Shown: positions 54,801-64,000 of the stretch, piece by piece
How positions within the stretch are numbered: position 1 is the first letter of the stretch
Layout: each line of letters starts with the position of its first letter
Notes under the pieces: model-generated
Database searches by the model: none
What the model was told of the DNA's origin: nothing
Seen by the model: the letters and a program-made list of their open reading frames with translations, nothing else
Translations under genes and position numbers: made by a program
NCBI GenBank assembly: GCA_965240325.2
Contig: OZ251225.1
Span: 3,162,001-3,226,000 of the forward strand
DNA: 64,000 nucleotides
Reading direction: 5' to 3'
From: Rebecca billardiae RCC1528
Lineage: Eukaryota; Protista; Haptophyta

Positions 54801-56405
54801 CCACCGTCTCCCCGATCGAGAGCACCAGCGTCGCGTTGACGAACGAGACGATGATGTACGAGTCGTGCGCGGCGCTGCCGCTCGTGCGCACCGTCCAGAC
54901 CGCGTTGGGCGTGCCCGGCAGCTCAGACACGGCCATCTCCGCGACGGCGAAGCCGTGGCGGAGCACGCGCAGCGTGCTGCGCGGGCCGCGGCCGCAGAGG
55001 GTGAGCAGCTGCATCGCGCCCTCGCGCGCCACGTCGGCCACGCGGCACTCCGTCATCGGCGCGAGCGACTCGAGCTCGTCGACGAGCAGCAGGTTCTTGA
55101 GCGGCCGCGGCTCGACCAGCACCACCGCGTCGTCGCCCGCCTCGAGCTGCGCGGACGAGGCGGTGGGCGCGTCGTCGTCGTCGCCGATGCCCTGGAACTG
55201 GAAGAGCGCGTGGTTGCCCGCCTCCGACGCCGAGAAGAGGAAGCCCGTGCGCAGGATCACCAGCGCCACCGCCGTCGGGATCGAGTCGAGGTAGCGCACC
55301 GCCACCTCGGACACGGCCTCGCCCGCGTACTGCAGCGTCACCTTGTACACGTCGCCCAGCTCCGTCTGGAGGAGCACGAAGAAGAGGCCGGTCTGGCGGT
55401 GCACGGCGTGCGCGACGACGAGCAGCCCGTGCTCCGCCGGCAGGTCCTTGCGCCGCGGCAGCACGCACCGCCGCTCCGCCTGGCCCGGCGCGCGGAACGC
55501 GACGAGGTTCTCAGCGCACACGAGCACGCCGCCCGGGCCGTCCTCGCCGCCCGGGATCGGCACGAGCAGGTTGGAGGAGGGGTCGACGGGGTCGGACCAC
55601 TTGCGCGTGACGTGGTTGAGGCCGAGGTCGAACTCGTAGTACGTGAGCACCTTCGTGTACGACGCCTCCCCCGCCGCGCCCTCCTCGCCCGGCGCGTTCT
55701 CCACGTCCTCGTAGTCGACCTCGAGCGCCGCAAACACCGGGTTGTCAAACCCGACGTCCACGCCGCACAGGTCGAAGCAGAGGGTGTGCGACTTGTGCGC
55801 CTCGAGCGGGGACGAGATGGTCAGGTTCGCCGCCGAGTCGCGGTTCATCGTGTACACCAGCTTCTGCTTCTCGCACGCGCCGATCATGATCGCGCGCCCG
55901 CGCGGGTCGACGGCGACGTACTGGCCGGGCACGATGCGCCGGCAGCCCGACTTGCCAAACGTCTCGGAGTGCACGCGCACGAACGCGCCCCGCTCCGCGG
56001 AGAACTCGAGGACGGTGATCTTGCCCGAGTCACTCCCCACCACGATGTAGTCGCGGTTGCCGCCTGCGCGCCGAGCGCGCGCAGCGCGACACCGCGCGAG
56101 CGCGCGGCGACATTCAGCGCCACGCGCAGGGGGTGCGTGCGTGCTGCCGGCTCGCCGCTCGCTCGCGCGAGGCGCGAGGAGCGCGGGCGCGCACCGAGTA
56201 GGCGGAACGGCTGGATCGCGCGCACGATCCCAAACACCTCCGTCGCGTGCACCGACTGCAGCTTGCCGTTCTCGTCCGGCCGCAGCAGCTCGAGCAGCTT
56301 GCCGCGCGCGACAACAATCTCCTGCTGCTTGGGCGCAGAGAAGTTGCCATGGATGGCGGAGGTGATCGCCGTGGCCCGCTGCAGCGTGAGCGAGTACAGG
56401 TGCAT
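51878..56405 (-). CDS. SF3B3: Splicing factor 3B subunit 3 (SAP130/Rse1); introns 56064-56194, 54115-54384, 52384-52779, 52016-52134
   Basis: MHLYSLTLQRATAI..GNFS..KQQEI; ETFGKSGCRRIVPGQY; LTISSPLEAHK; YEFDLGLNHV; LCGRDH..FRS..FPVKDV.DGDLCEQF. Confidence 0.97.
52547..52702 (-). ncRNA. Candidate intronic H/ACA snoRNA
   Basis: Hairpin (GCACA..GCGTCGA/TCGACGC..TGTGC), H box AAAGTA, second hairpin (CGGGA..TCCCG), then ACA, in the longest intron of SF3B3. Confidence 0.5.
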
Positions 56406-56705
56406 CGCAGCCCCTGCAGCCGCCCCCGCCGCCGCCGCAAGCCGCTGACCTGCACGCCTTCAGGTCCGCCGAGCGATGGCCGACGACGGCGACGACACGC
56501 GCGCCCAAGTGCCCACACCTCATTCCGGGGCTGGGCGACCTGTCGGGAAGTCCGGGGGGTGGGGAAGGGGAGTGGGGGCGCATACACGGCAAGCCCGTCG
56601 TGGCGACGCCATTGCTGCGTCGCGCGTGCCCTCCCGGGCGGCGGGCTCTGGCCGCCGGGCGGGCTCATCATACGCGCGCCGCACGGCTGCTCTTGAGTGG
56701 TGACG

Positions 56706-58016
56706 ATGGGTGCCGGCACGATCCTCGAGCGCATCAAGGAGATCGAGAACGAGATCGCGCGCACGCAGAAGAACAAGGCAACGACGACGCACTTGGGCTC
56801 CCTGCGTGCAAAGCTGTGCAAGCTGCGGCGCGAGCTGCAGGAGCCCGCGGGTGGCGACAAGGGCGGCGCCAGTGACGGCTTCGAGGTGAGCAAGTCGGGC
56901 GACGCGCGCGTCGCGCTGATCGGCTTCCCGTCCGTGGGAAAGTCGACCATCCTCTCCGAGATGACCTCGACCAAGTCGGAGACGGCCGCGTACGAGTTCA
57001 CGACGCTCACGTGCATCCCCGGCGTGCTTCACCACAAGGGCTGCCGCATCCAGGTGCTCGACCTCCCAGGGATCATCGAGGGCGCGTCTGAGGGCAAGGG
57101 GCGGGGACGGCAGGTCATTGCCGTCGCCAAGTCCGCCGACATGGTGCTGATGGTGCTCGACGCCGCGTCGGGCCACTCGGAGCACCAGCGGATGCTGCTC
57201 GAGCGCGAGCTGGAGAACTGCGGGCTGCGGCTGAACAAGCGACCGCCCAACATCTACTTCAAGCGGAAGGCCACCGGCGGCGTCTCGGTCAACTTCACGT
57301 GCAAGGCGCCCTCGATCACCGAGAAGGACATCAACGACGTGCTGTACGAGTACCGCATCCACAACGCAGAGATCCTCGTGCGCGAGGACCTCACCGTCGA
57401 CGACTTCTGCGACGTGATCGAAGGGAACCGGCACTACGTCAAGTGCCTCTACGTGTACAACAAGATCGTGCGCGCCCACGCGCGCGCGCCCTCCCGCGCG
57501 CTCCGCTTGCCGCGCCCCCAACACGGCCCTCGCACGCGCCCGGCGGCCGGCACGCAGGACATGACGTGCATCGAGGAGGTGGAGCGCATCTGCTCGCAGC
57601 CGCACTGCACGGTGCTCTCCACGCTGCTCAAGCTCAACTACGACATGTTCATGGACAAGATCTGGGAGTACCTCGAGCTCGTGCGCGTGTACACGAAGAA
57701 GCGCGGCCAGCCGCCAGACCTGAGCGACCCTCTCGTGCTCACGCGCGGCCGGCACGGGATCACGGTGGAGGCGGCGTGCATGCAGCTGCACAAGTCGCTC
57801 GTGGAGAACCACGACTACACGTTCGTGTGGGGGCGATCGGTGAAGCACTCGCCCCAGCGCTGCGGGCTCATCCACACCCTCTCGGACGAGGACGTCGTGC
57901 AGATCATGCAGAAGCGCGTGCAGTCCAAGGACACCGATCCGTTCAACAAGTCGCAGGCGACGGGCTCGCAGTCCAAGCAGCAGCTGAAAAAGGCGAAAAA
58001 GCCGCTCAAGACATGA
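56706..58016 (+). CDS. DRG2: Developmentally regulated GTP-binding protein (DRG2-like); intron 57468-57557
   Basis: EIARTQKNKAT, GFEVSKSGDARVALIGFPSVGKS, YEFTTLT, DLPGIIEGA, YNKI|D and a TGS domain. Confidence 0.93.
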   Translation: MGAGTILERIKEIENEIARTQKNKATTTHLGSLRAKLCKLRRELQEPAGGDKGGASDGFEVSKSGDARVALIGFPSVGKSTILSEMTSTKSETAAYEFTTLTCIPGVLHHKGCRIQVLDLPGIIEGASEGKGRGRQVIAVAKSADMVLMVLDAASGHSEHQRMLLERELENCGLRLNKRPPNIYFKRKATGGVSVNFTCKAPSITEKDINDVLYEYRIHNAEILVREDLTVDDFCDVIEGNRHYVKCLYVYNKIVRAHARAPSRALRLPRPQHGPRTRPAAGTQDMTCIEEVERICSQPHCTVLSTLLKLNYDMFMDKIWEYLELVRVYTKKRGQPPDLSDPLVLTRGRHGITVEAACMQLHKSLVENHDYTFVWGRSVKHSPQRCGLIHTLSDEDVVQIMQKRVQSKDTDPFNKSQATGSQSKQQLKKAKKPLKT

Positions 58017-58537
58017 GGCTCCAGGTACAGTATGACATGCTGGGCTACCTGTCCGAGGACCGTCCGTCATCTCCGGGTCGGAATGCCACGGCGGCGCCAC
58101 CCGGCTCGGGCGCTGGCTGACGGCCCTGAGTCCTGACGCCGCCTGCCGACTCAGGTGCCCAGCCGTCCGATCTCAGACGACGTAGCGTGAACGCCGTACG
58201 GCACGATTTCGTCGGGGAGGCTTGTCATGAATGAAATTTGCGGCGAACGTTGATGCGCACGTCTAGCTCCATGGACCATGGTCGTCCATGGGCCGAACGC
58301 ACGCAGGATGTCCGCCGTGCGGCCATGCTGATCGGGCTTTCGAGGCGGCCATTGTGAAGCAGCAAGAACGGCCGCGCCGGGCGGCCGCCCCGCGCTCAAA
58401 ACAGCGGGGGCCTAGCGGCCTTTTCCCGGTGGGGCTGGTCGAACACAGCGCGTCTAGGACGCGACGGAGAAGCTTGCCAGGGCCGGCAGACCCGACGACG
58501 ATGGGACGAGTTGGCCGTTCAGCGCTGACTAACGGTA

Positions 58538-59443
58538 TCATCCGGGCTGCCGCGCCTTCGCGCGTCGCGCGTGCGATTTAGCCATTAGCCAGGCGCGGCA
58601 GCGCGGCACTCTTCTGCAAGGCCCACCGAGGCGCCAGCGAGGCGCGCCGGCGAGTGAGGCGCGCGTCGATGCAGTCGTCGCTGCGCACGGCCGCTCGGGC
58701 ACGGCGGCACGGCAACGGCACGCACCGATCACGCCGTGCGTGCGCGCGCCGGCCATCGACGCGTGGTAGTCGTGCAGTAACTGCAGCTCCGTGGGGTTTT
58801 CCGCACGTCGTGCGCGCTGCTGCCGCCGGACGCCCAGATGGCGCGCGACCGCGTCGGTCGCGGCGGCCTCGCGCGCCGCGCGCGGGGCGGCTCGACGCGC
58901 GGCGTGACCCTCGCGGCGCTCCGCGTTGCGCGCCTCGTCCACGCCGTTCAGCGTGCTCGCCAGCCGCGCGCGCAGCTGCGCGAGGCACGCGTCGAGCGCT
59001 GCCGGCGTCTCGCAGTTTGGGTGCGAGGCCGCGGGCGCGCGCGCGCCGGGGCGCGTGGCCTCGTGCGGGTGCACGGCGAGGCGCGCCAGGTCCACAAACG
59101 GCTCGTCGCGCAGTTCCAGCGCACGCAGCCCGGCGACGCGCGCGTCCCAGCGCGCGACGTGTTTGGACAGCGCGTCGTTGGCGAATTGCGCGCACGCCGC
59201 CGCGCTCCGCCTCCCCACAAACGGCTCGTCGCGCAGTTCCAGCGCACGCAGCCCGGCGACGCGCGCGTCCCAGCGCGCGACGTGTTTGGACAGCGCGTCG
59301 TTGGCGAATTGCGCGCACGCCGCCGCGCTCCGCCTCCGCATCTGCACGCCACACGCCGCGTAGACCACGAACGAATCTATCCAGCTCGTGCACGACATCG
59401 TCAGCCGACGTGGCCATGTCGGGCCGACGGCGGCCAAAGTCAC
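58538..59443 (-). other. Uncharacterised coding-like segment with a perfect in-frame 123-bp tandem duplication (59092-59214, 59215-59337)
   Basis: The 41-aa duplication is visible in the ORF. No recognisable domain. Upstream ~45-bp direct repeats lie at 59523-59617. Confidence 0.35.
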
Positions 59444-59835
59444 GACTCACGATGTGCCCCTCCCGACCGGGGACCATCGCCGCCAGATTTGTGGGAATCG
59501 CAACCACATCTCTATGCGGCGCGCGCAGAATTAACCACATGCGCTTCGATTCCCGAGGCGTGCCTTTAATTGGCGCAAAAATTAACCAAGTGCGTTCTCG
59601 ATTCCCGAGGCGTGCCTAATCAAAAAACGTTTGAGGCCCCATTGTTCGTATTCCTACTCCGGTATTACTTGGGACAGCAGTACGTCACACCCAATTAAAG
59701 GGGGTCGGAGCTGGGTCTCCCAGGGCTTTCTCACGAATTAAAATTGTTTAAAGCTGTGTTCACCAGAATAGTTCGGCTTGGTCAATATTATTGATCGCAC
59801 TGGTCGCAGCCGCCGCCATTCACCAAGGGCGCGAG

Positions 59836-60932
59836 AGGGGGTCGCTCGCTAAGCCCCACCCGCTCCGGCCAGCATGGCTGCCTGGCCGGCGGCGGCGTGT
59901 TCAAGCGAGCCGTAGGCCGGGAATCCACGCGCTGGCGGTGCGGTTTTGGCGGCGCAGGGGGCCTCACAGGTCATCTGCAGGTATGCTCAGAGCCTTAGGA
60001 CAGCTTGGTGGCCCGCAATCCCGGCTCCTTGTCGCTGCTTGCCGACTGCAAGCGATCACGCGTCGACCGTGCGGTCCCGCGTTGCACGCGGCCCAACGTA
60101 GGGTGCTGCACATGCCAGCAGATGGTGAAGGGGGGTCGCCCGCCACGCAGACGTCCTCGGAGAGGACGTCGACCCCCGTACGTCGCCTTGATTGGCGTTG
60201 TCCCGCAAGGAGTCGCTAAAGGCCTGCTGCCCAGGGAGACACGGACAATGTGAAGTTCTGGCGCTACCATCGGCGACGGCTTCATGGGCGGTGACAGTTG
60301 GCGGGCGTCAATCTCGCCTGCCTGAGCTGTGTGCGTCTCTTATTCTTAGTAAACTGTAATCTCGCCTGCCTGAGCTGTGTGCGTCTCTTATTCTTAGTAA
60401 ACTGTAGGCCAAAAGTCGAGATAACATTTTGAAATGCCTATGGTTGTTCGTATGTCATTGCATTAGGAAGCACGCAAGCCTGGGCTGGAGAGGTCGGGAT
60501 CGAGACGACGCACGGGGGTCGACGTCCTCTCCGAGGACGTCTGCGTGGCGGGCGACCCCCCTTCACCATCTGCTAGCATGTGCAGCACCCTACGTTGGGC
60601 CGCGTGCACGCGGGATTGCACGGTCGACGCGTGATCGCTTGCAGTCGGCAAGCAGCGACAAGGAGCCTGGGGTTGCGGGCCACCAAGCTGTCCTAAGGCT
60701 CTGAGCATACCTGCAGGCGACCCGCGAGGCCACCTGCGCCGCCAAAACCGCACCGCCAGCGCGTGGATTCCCGGCTTACGGCTCGCTTGAGCACGCCGCC
60801 GCCGGCCAGGCAGCCATGCTGGCCGGAGCGGGTGGGGCTTACCGGCTTATGGTGACAGTTGGCGGGCGTCAATCTCGCCTGCCTGAGCTGTGTGCGTCTC
60901 TTATTCTTAGTAAACTGTAGCGAGCGACCCCT
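59836..60932. repeat. Foldback-like ~1.1-kb structure: inverted arms 59836-60192 / 60499-60932 with nested direct repeats
   Basis: The arms are diverged reverse complements. A 48-bp unit is tandem at 60310-60405 and is copied again, with extra flank, inside the right arm (60851-60919). Confidence 0.85.
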
Positions 60933-60977
60933 GGTTCCAACGAGCGCTCCATACCAGTACTCGTACTGGTAGTAGCC

Positions 60978-62921
60978 ATGGCAGTTGTGGGCGCTTGGGT
61001 GCAGTTGCCCAGCTGGGCGCGCGCAGCGCCGAGTGACGCGGAGGTCGGAGCTCGCCGGCGCGTGCACGCGGCCTTCGCGTCGGCTGCGGACGCTAAGCGC
61101 CTCTCGCTTGCCCGCCTCGACCTGACCGAGATCCCCGAGTCAGCGGCTGCCGCGCTCGAGCGCGCAGCTCTGAGCGGCCGCGCCGTGCGCGAGCTCGACC
61201 TGGCGTGCAACACCCTCGGCCACGACGCACCGCTCATGCTCACGGGGGTAGCGTATGCGAAGCTGACCGCGCTCATCCTCGCGGGCAATGGGCTCTCGGC
61301 GCGCGCGCTCAACCGATGCCAGCTTCCTGCAGGCTTGCTGGTGCTCGATATCTCGGCGAATCAGATCGAAGCGCTGCCGCCCTCAGTCGTGCGGCTGGGC
61401 GGGCTCGTGCGGCTCAGCGTCGCGCGCAACCGGCTCCGTGCGCTCCCACTGTCGCTCGGCGCGCTCCTGCCCGCGCTCGCCGAGCTCGACCTGAGCCACA
61501 ACGACCTGCGCGCCGCGTCGGCCGATCGATTCGGCAGGGCGCCGCTGCCGTCTCTGCAGCTGCTCCGCATGCGCGCGTGCGGGCTCGAGGCGTGGGAGCT
61601 CGACGCGCAGATGCTGCCGGCGGTGCGCACGCTCGATCTCTCGGACAACGCGCTCTCCGAGCCCTCGGCCGCGCTCTGCTCGCTGCTCTCGCTGCGCGTG
61701 CTGCGGCTCGCGCACAACGCGCTCACGTCGCTTCTGGCGCCGCTCGTGGCCTCGCACCGGCGTGCGTGGGTGCCGCGCGGGCTGCACGAGCTCGAGGGGC
61801 TGCGCGAGCTGTCGATCGCGCAGAATCGGGTGCGCGAGCTGCCGCCGCCGTTCGTCGCGGGCCTCGCGCCGCTGCTGCGCGACCTCGACGTGCGCTGCAA
61901 CCCGCTCTGCGCCGACGCGCAGCACGCCCTTGCTCGGCTGATGCACGCGCGCCCACCGGCTGCGGCCGAGGGCGCGGCCGAGGCAGCGCTGGCGCCGCGC
62001 GTGCGCATGAGTGCCGTGCGGCGCGTGGCGCCGCGGCTGCTGGTGGGCGACCCGTCCGTCGCGTGGGACGAGCGCACGCTCAAGGCCCTCGGCGTCACCC
62101 ACATTGTCACCGTCGGCGAGCCATCCGAGCTGGGCGCACTCACGACGCACGCGCGGCCGGTGCGGGCGGGCGACCCGCGCGTCGCGCCCGCCCTCGCCGT
62201 GCTCGGCCTCGGCGGCCTCGCGCCCGACGAGACGGTGGACGCGGCCGCCGCACGCGCCGCGTACCTCCGCGCGGCTCGCGAGCTGCACCCCGACGCACTG
62301 CCCGCCGGCGCGCCCGACGAGACGCGCCGCCGCGCCGAGGAGCGCTTCTCGCACGCGCGCGAGGCGTATGCGCAGCTGTGCGACGCAGGCCGCGCGGAGG
62401 CGGTGGAGCTGCCGCGCTTCGGTGAGTTTGCGTACCACGTGTGCCCGCTCGGCGCCGGGGCGGGCGAGGAGAGCGCGGTGGGCGGCGACGAGGGCGGCGC
62501 GCGCGCGCTCACGGTCCGCGCGCTCGGCGAGGCCAGCGCCTTTATCCACGCGGCGCGCACCGCGCCCCTCGCCACTGTTGTGCTCGTGCACGCGGCGGCG
62601 GGCTGGGGCCGCGCCGCAGCCGTCGCCGCCGCGTACGCGCTCACGGCGCTGGGTCGGCCGTTGGGGGAGGCGCTTGCGCTCTGCGCGCCGCCAGCCACGG
62701 CCAATGTCGTCAGCGCGGGCTCGGAGGACGACGGCCCGGTGGCTCTCCCGCCCCGCGTGCGCGCCGCCCTTGTCGAGCTCGAGCGCGCCGTGAAGCAGCA
62801 CAGCCGACGCGTGCACGTGCACGTGGAGCCCGGCGCGCGCGTCGCCGACACCGCAGACTCCCGCTCGGCGTCGGGCTCGACGCAGGCAGGCGAGGAGGGG
62901 GTCACGTTCGGCCTCAACTGA
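60978..62921 (+). CDS. LRR protein with C-terminal dual-specificity pseudophosphatase containing an inserted J-domain
   Basis: LxxLxLxxN repeats; DSP N-part (VAPRLLVGD..LKALGVTHIVTV); J-domain (AYLRAARELHPD..AEERF..AREAYAQLCD); DSP C-part with VLVHAAAGWGRA. Confidence 0.85.
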   Translation: MAVVGAWVQLPSWARAAPSDAEVGARRRVHAAFASAADAKRLSLARLDLTEIPESAAAALERAALSGRAVRELDLACNTLGHDAPLMLTGVAYAKLTALILAGNGLSARALNRCQLPAGLLVLDISANQIEALPPSVVRLGGLVRLSVARNRLRALPLSLGALLPALAELDLSHNDLRAASADRFGRAPLPSLQLLRMRACGLEAWELDAQMLPAVRTLDLSDNALSEPSAALCSLLSLRVLRLAHNALTSLLAPLVASHRRAWVPRGLHELEGLRELSIAQNRVRELPPPFVAGLAPLLRDLDVRCNPLCADAQHALARLMHARPPAAAEGAAEAALAPRVRMSAVRRVAPRLLVGDPSVAWDERTLKALGVTHIVTVGEPSELGALTTHARPVRAGDPRVAPALAVLGLGGLAPDETVDAAAARAAYLRAARELHPDALPAGAPDETRRRAEERFSHAREAYAQLCDAGRAEAVELPRFGEFAYHVCPLGAGAGEESAVGGDEGGARALTVRALGEASAFIHAARTAPLATVVLVHAAAGWGRAAAVAAAYALTALGRPLGEALALCAPPATANVVSAGSEDDGPVALPPRVRAALVELERAVKQHSRRVHVHVEPGARVADTADSRSASGSTQAGEEGVTFGLN

Positions 62922-64000
62922 TTCCTCAGACGATGCGGCGTAGCTTGCTGCTGAGCATGCGCGACCGACGAGTAGCACCGCGTCGTCGTCGGAGGCGCCG
63001 ATCTCGGATCGGATCGTCTGTCAACGAGGCCCACGGCCGGGTTCTGCGAGACCGGCGGCGAGCAATAAATGATGACAGAAATGTGTCGTCTGCTGAGTGA
63101 TGAAAGTCTGCACGACGAGTGAATCATAAGTGTATTGAGTGTACTTCGCCCATCTGGCATCAACGTCGCCGGTGTCGGTGAGTAAGTATTATATAATAAT
63201 AAGCAGAATAATAATAGCTAATAATAATACAAGCTATATATATACATATACATACATACATACATACTACAGTGGGCTGGTCCCACTGGCGGAGCAGAAA
63301 TTCAAAACTATCTGACGATCGGCGCGGTCTCAGCGACTCGGAACAAACGGGGTGCGACAGACTAGCGCCGGCGGGGTATGCGCCGGCGTCTGAGCTCACC
63401 AGCGCGACTTCAGCAAAGCGCGCGGACGAAAATCAGCTCTCCGGGAGGGCCCCTGGCCTGCGCGGGGTCGCGGTCGCGGCGCCGGGCGCGGGGATGCTGT
63501 CAGCTTCCGAGCCCGTACAGCTCGTCGCGCGCGCTCGGGGTGCGCGAGGCGACGCGGTACGACGGTGGCGTGGACCACCACCTCACGCCTCGCTGCGTCG
63601 TCAGCGTGTACAGCCCACCGCTGCCACTAGCGCCAATGTGAATGGCACTGCTCGGAACACAGCTCGATGCGTCGCGCGTTGTCGTTTGCGTCGACTCGTC
63701 GCTCGGCCGGAGGTGCAGCTGACGCGCTTGCCGAAGCAGCACCGCAGACCCCGCTCGATGGTGTGCGCGGCGTGAAGTTCGCACCGAACGTCTTCTTGTG
63801 GCGAGATGCGCACCGCCCGCCGCAGCGCCCGCCGCTGCCGAGCCGGCCGCCGCTGCGGCCGCCGCGCCGGCTGCCGCCGCCGCGACCGCCGTCGCTGCGC
63901 CATCAGCCGGCCCGGTGCTGCCGCACTCGCCGGGCGACCCCTCGAAGATGCGCGCAGCGTGACGTGCGCGGCGAGTAACTCCTCGTCGCGAGATGCGCTC

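Noticed and set aside
63272-64000. Possible gene fragment at the window end
   Set aside because: No frame gives a recognisable protein, and the region is truncated by the window edge.

Overview
Very GC-rich eukaryotic nuclear DNA with spliceosomal introns. The organism is flagellated (DRC1) and has a secondary plastid (signal + transit peptides), which is consistent with a haptophyte-like alga (inference only). About 20 protein genes can be supported. They are DRC1, SLBP, a multipass membrane protein, an EPDR/At4g14100-like protein, an ankyrin-WW protein, an ER-type PEBP, SF3A2, a DUF4239-like protein, SSADH, an RmlD-like SDR, an ARM protein, a Pro-rich surface protein, a filamin-Kelch-LamG protein, fibrillin, a bacterial-type cytochrome b561, a P2X receptor with an IQ motif, a helical-repeat/RsmC fusion, an Orai/PGG-like 4-TM protein, a processive GT2, SF3B3, a DRG GTPase, and an LRR protein with a J-domain inserted into a pseudo-DSP. 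Most genes lie in tight head-to-head pairs separated by AT-richer, microsatellite-rich spacers. Non-coding highlights are at least five non-autonomous TIR/foldback elements, including a P/Galileo-like foldback with a 7-bp TSD inside a bidirectional promoter. There is also a TSD-flanked insert ending in a 106-bp-arm hairpin and a candidate intronic H/ACA snoRNA in SF3B3. Introns often have self-complementary GTGCGC...GCGCAG ends. Most ORFs in the track are GC-driven shadow ORFs. All calls are by eye, without database searches.
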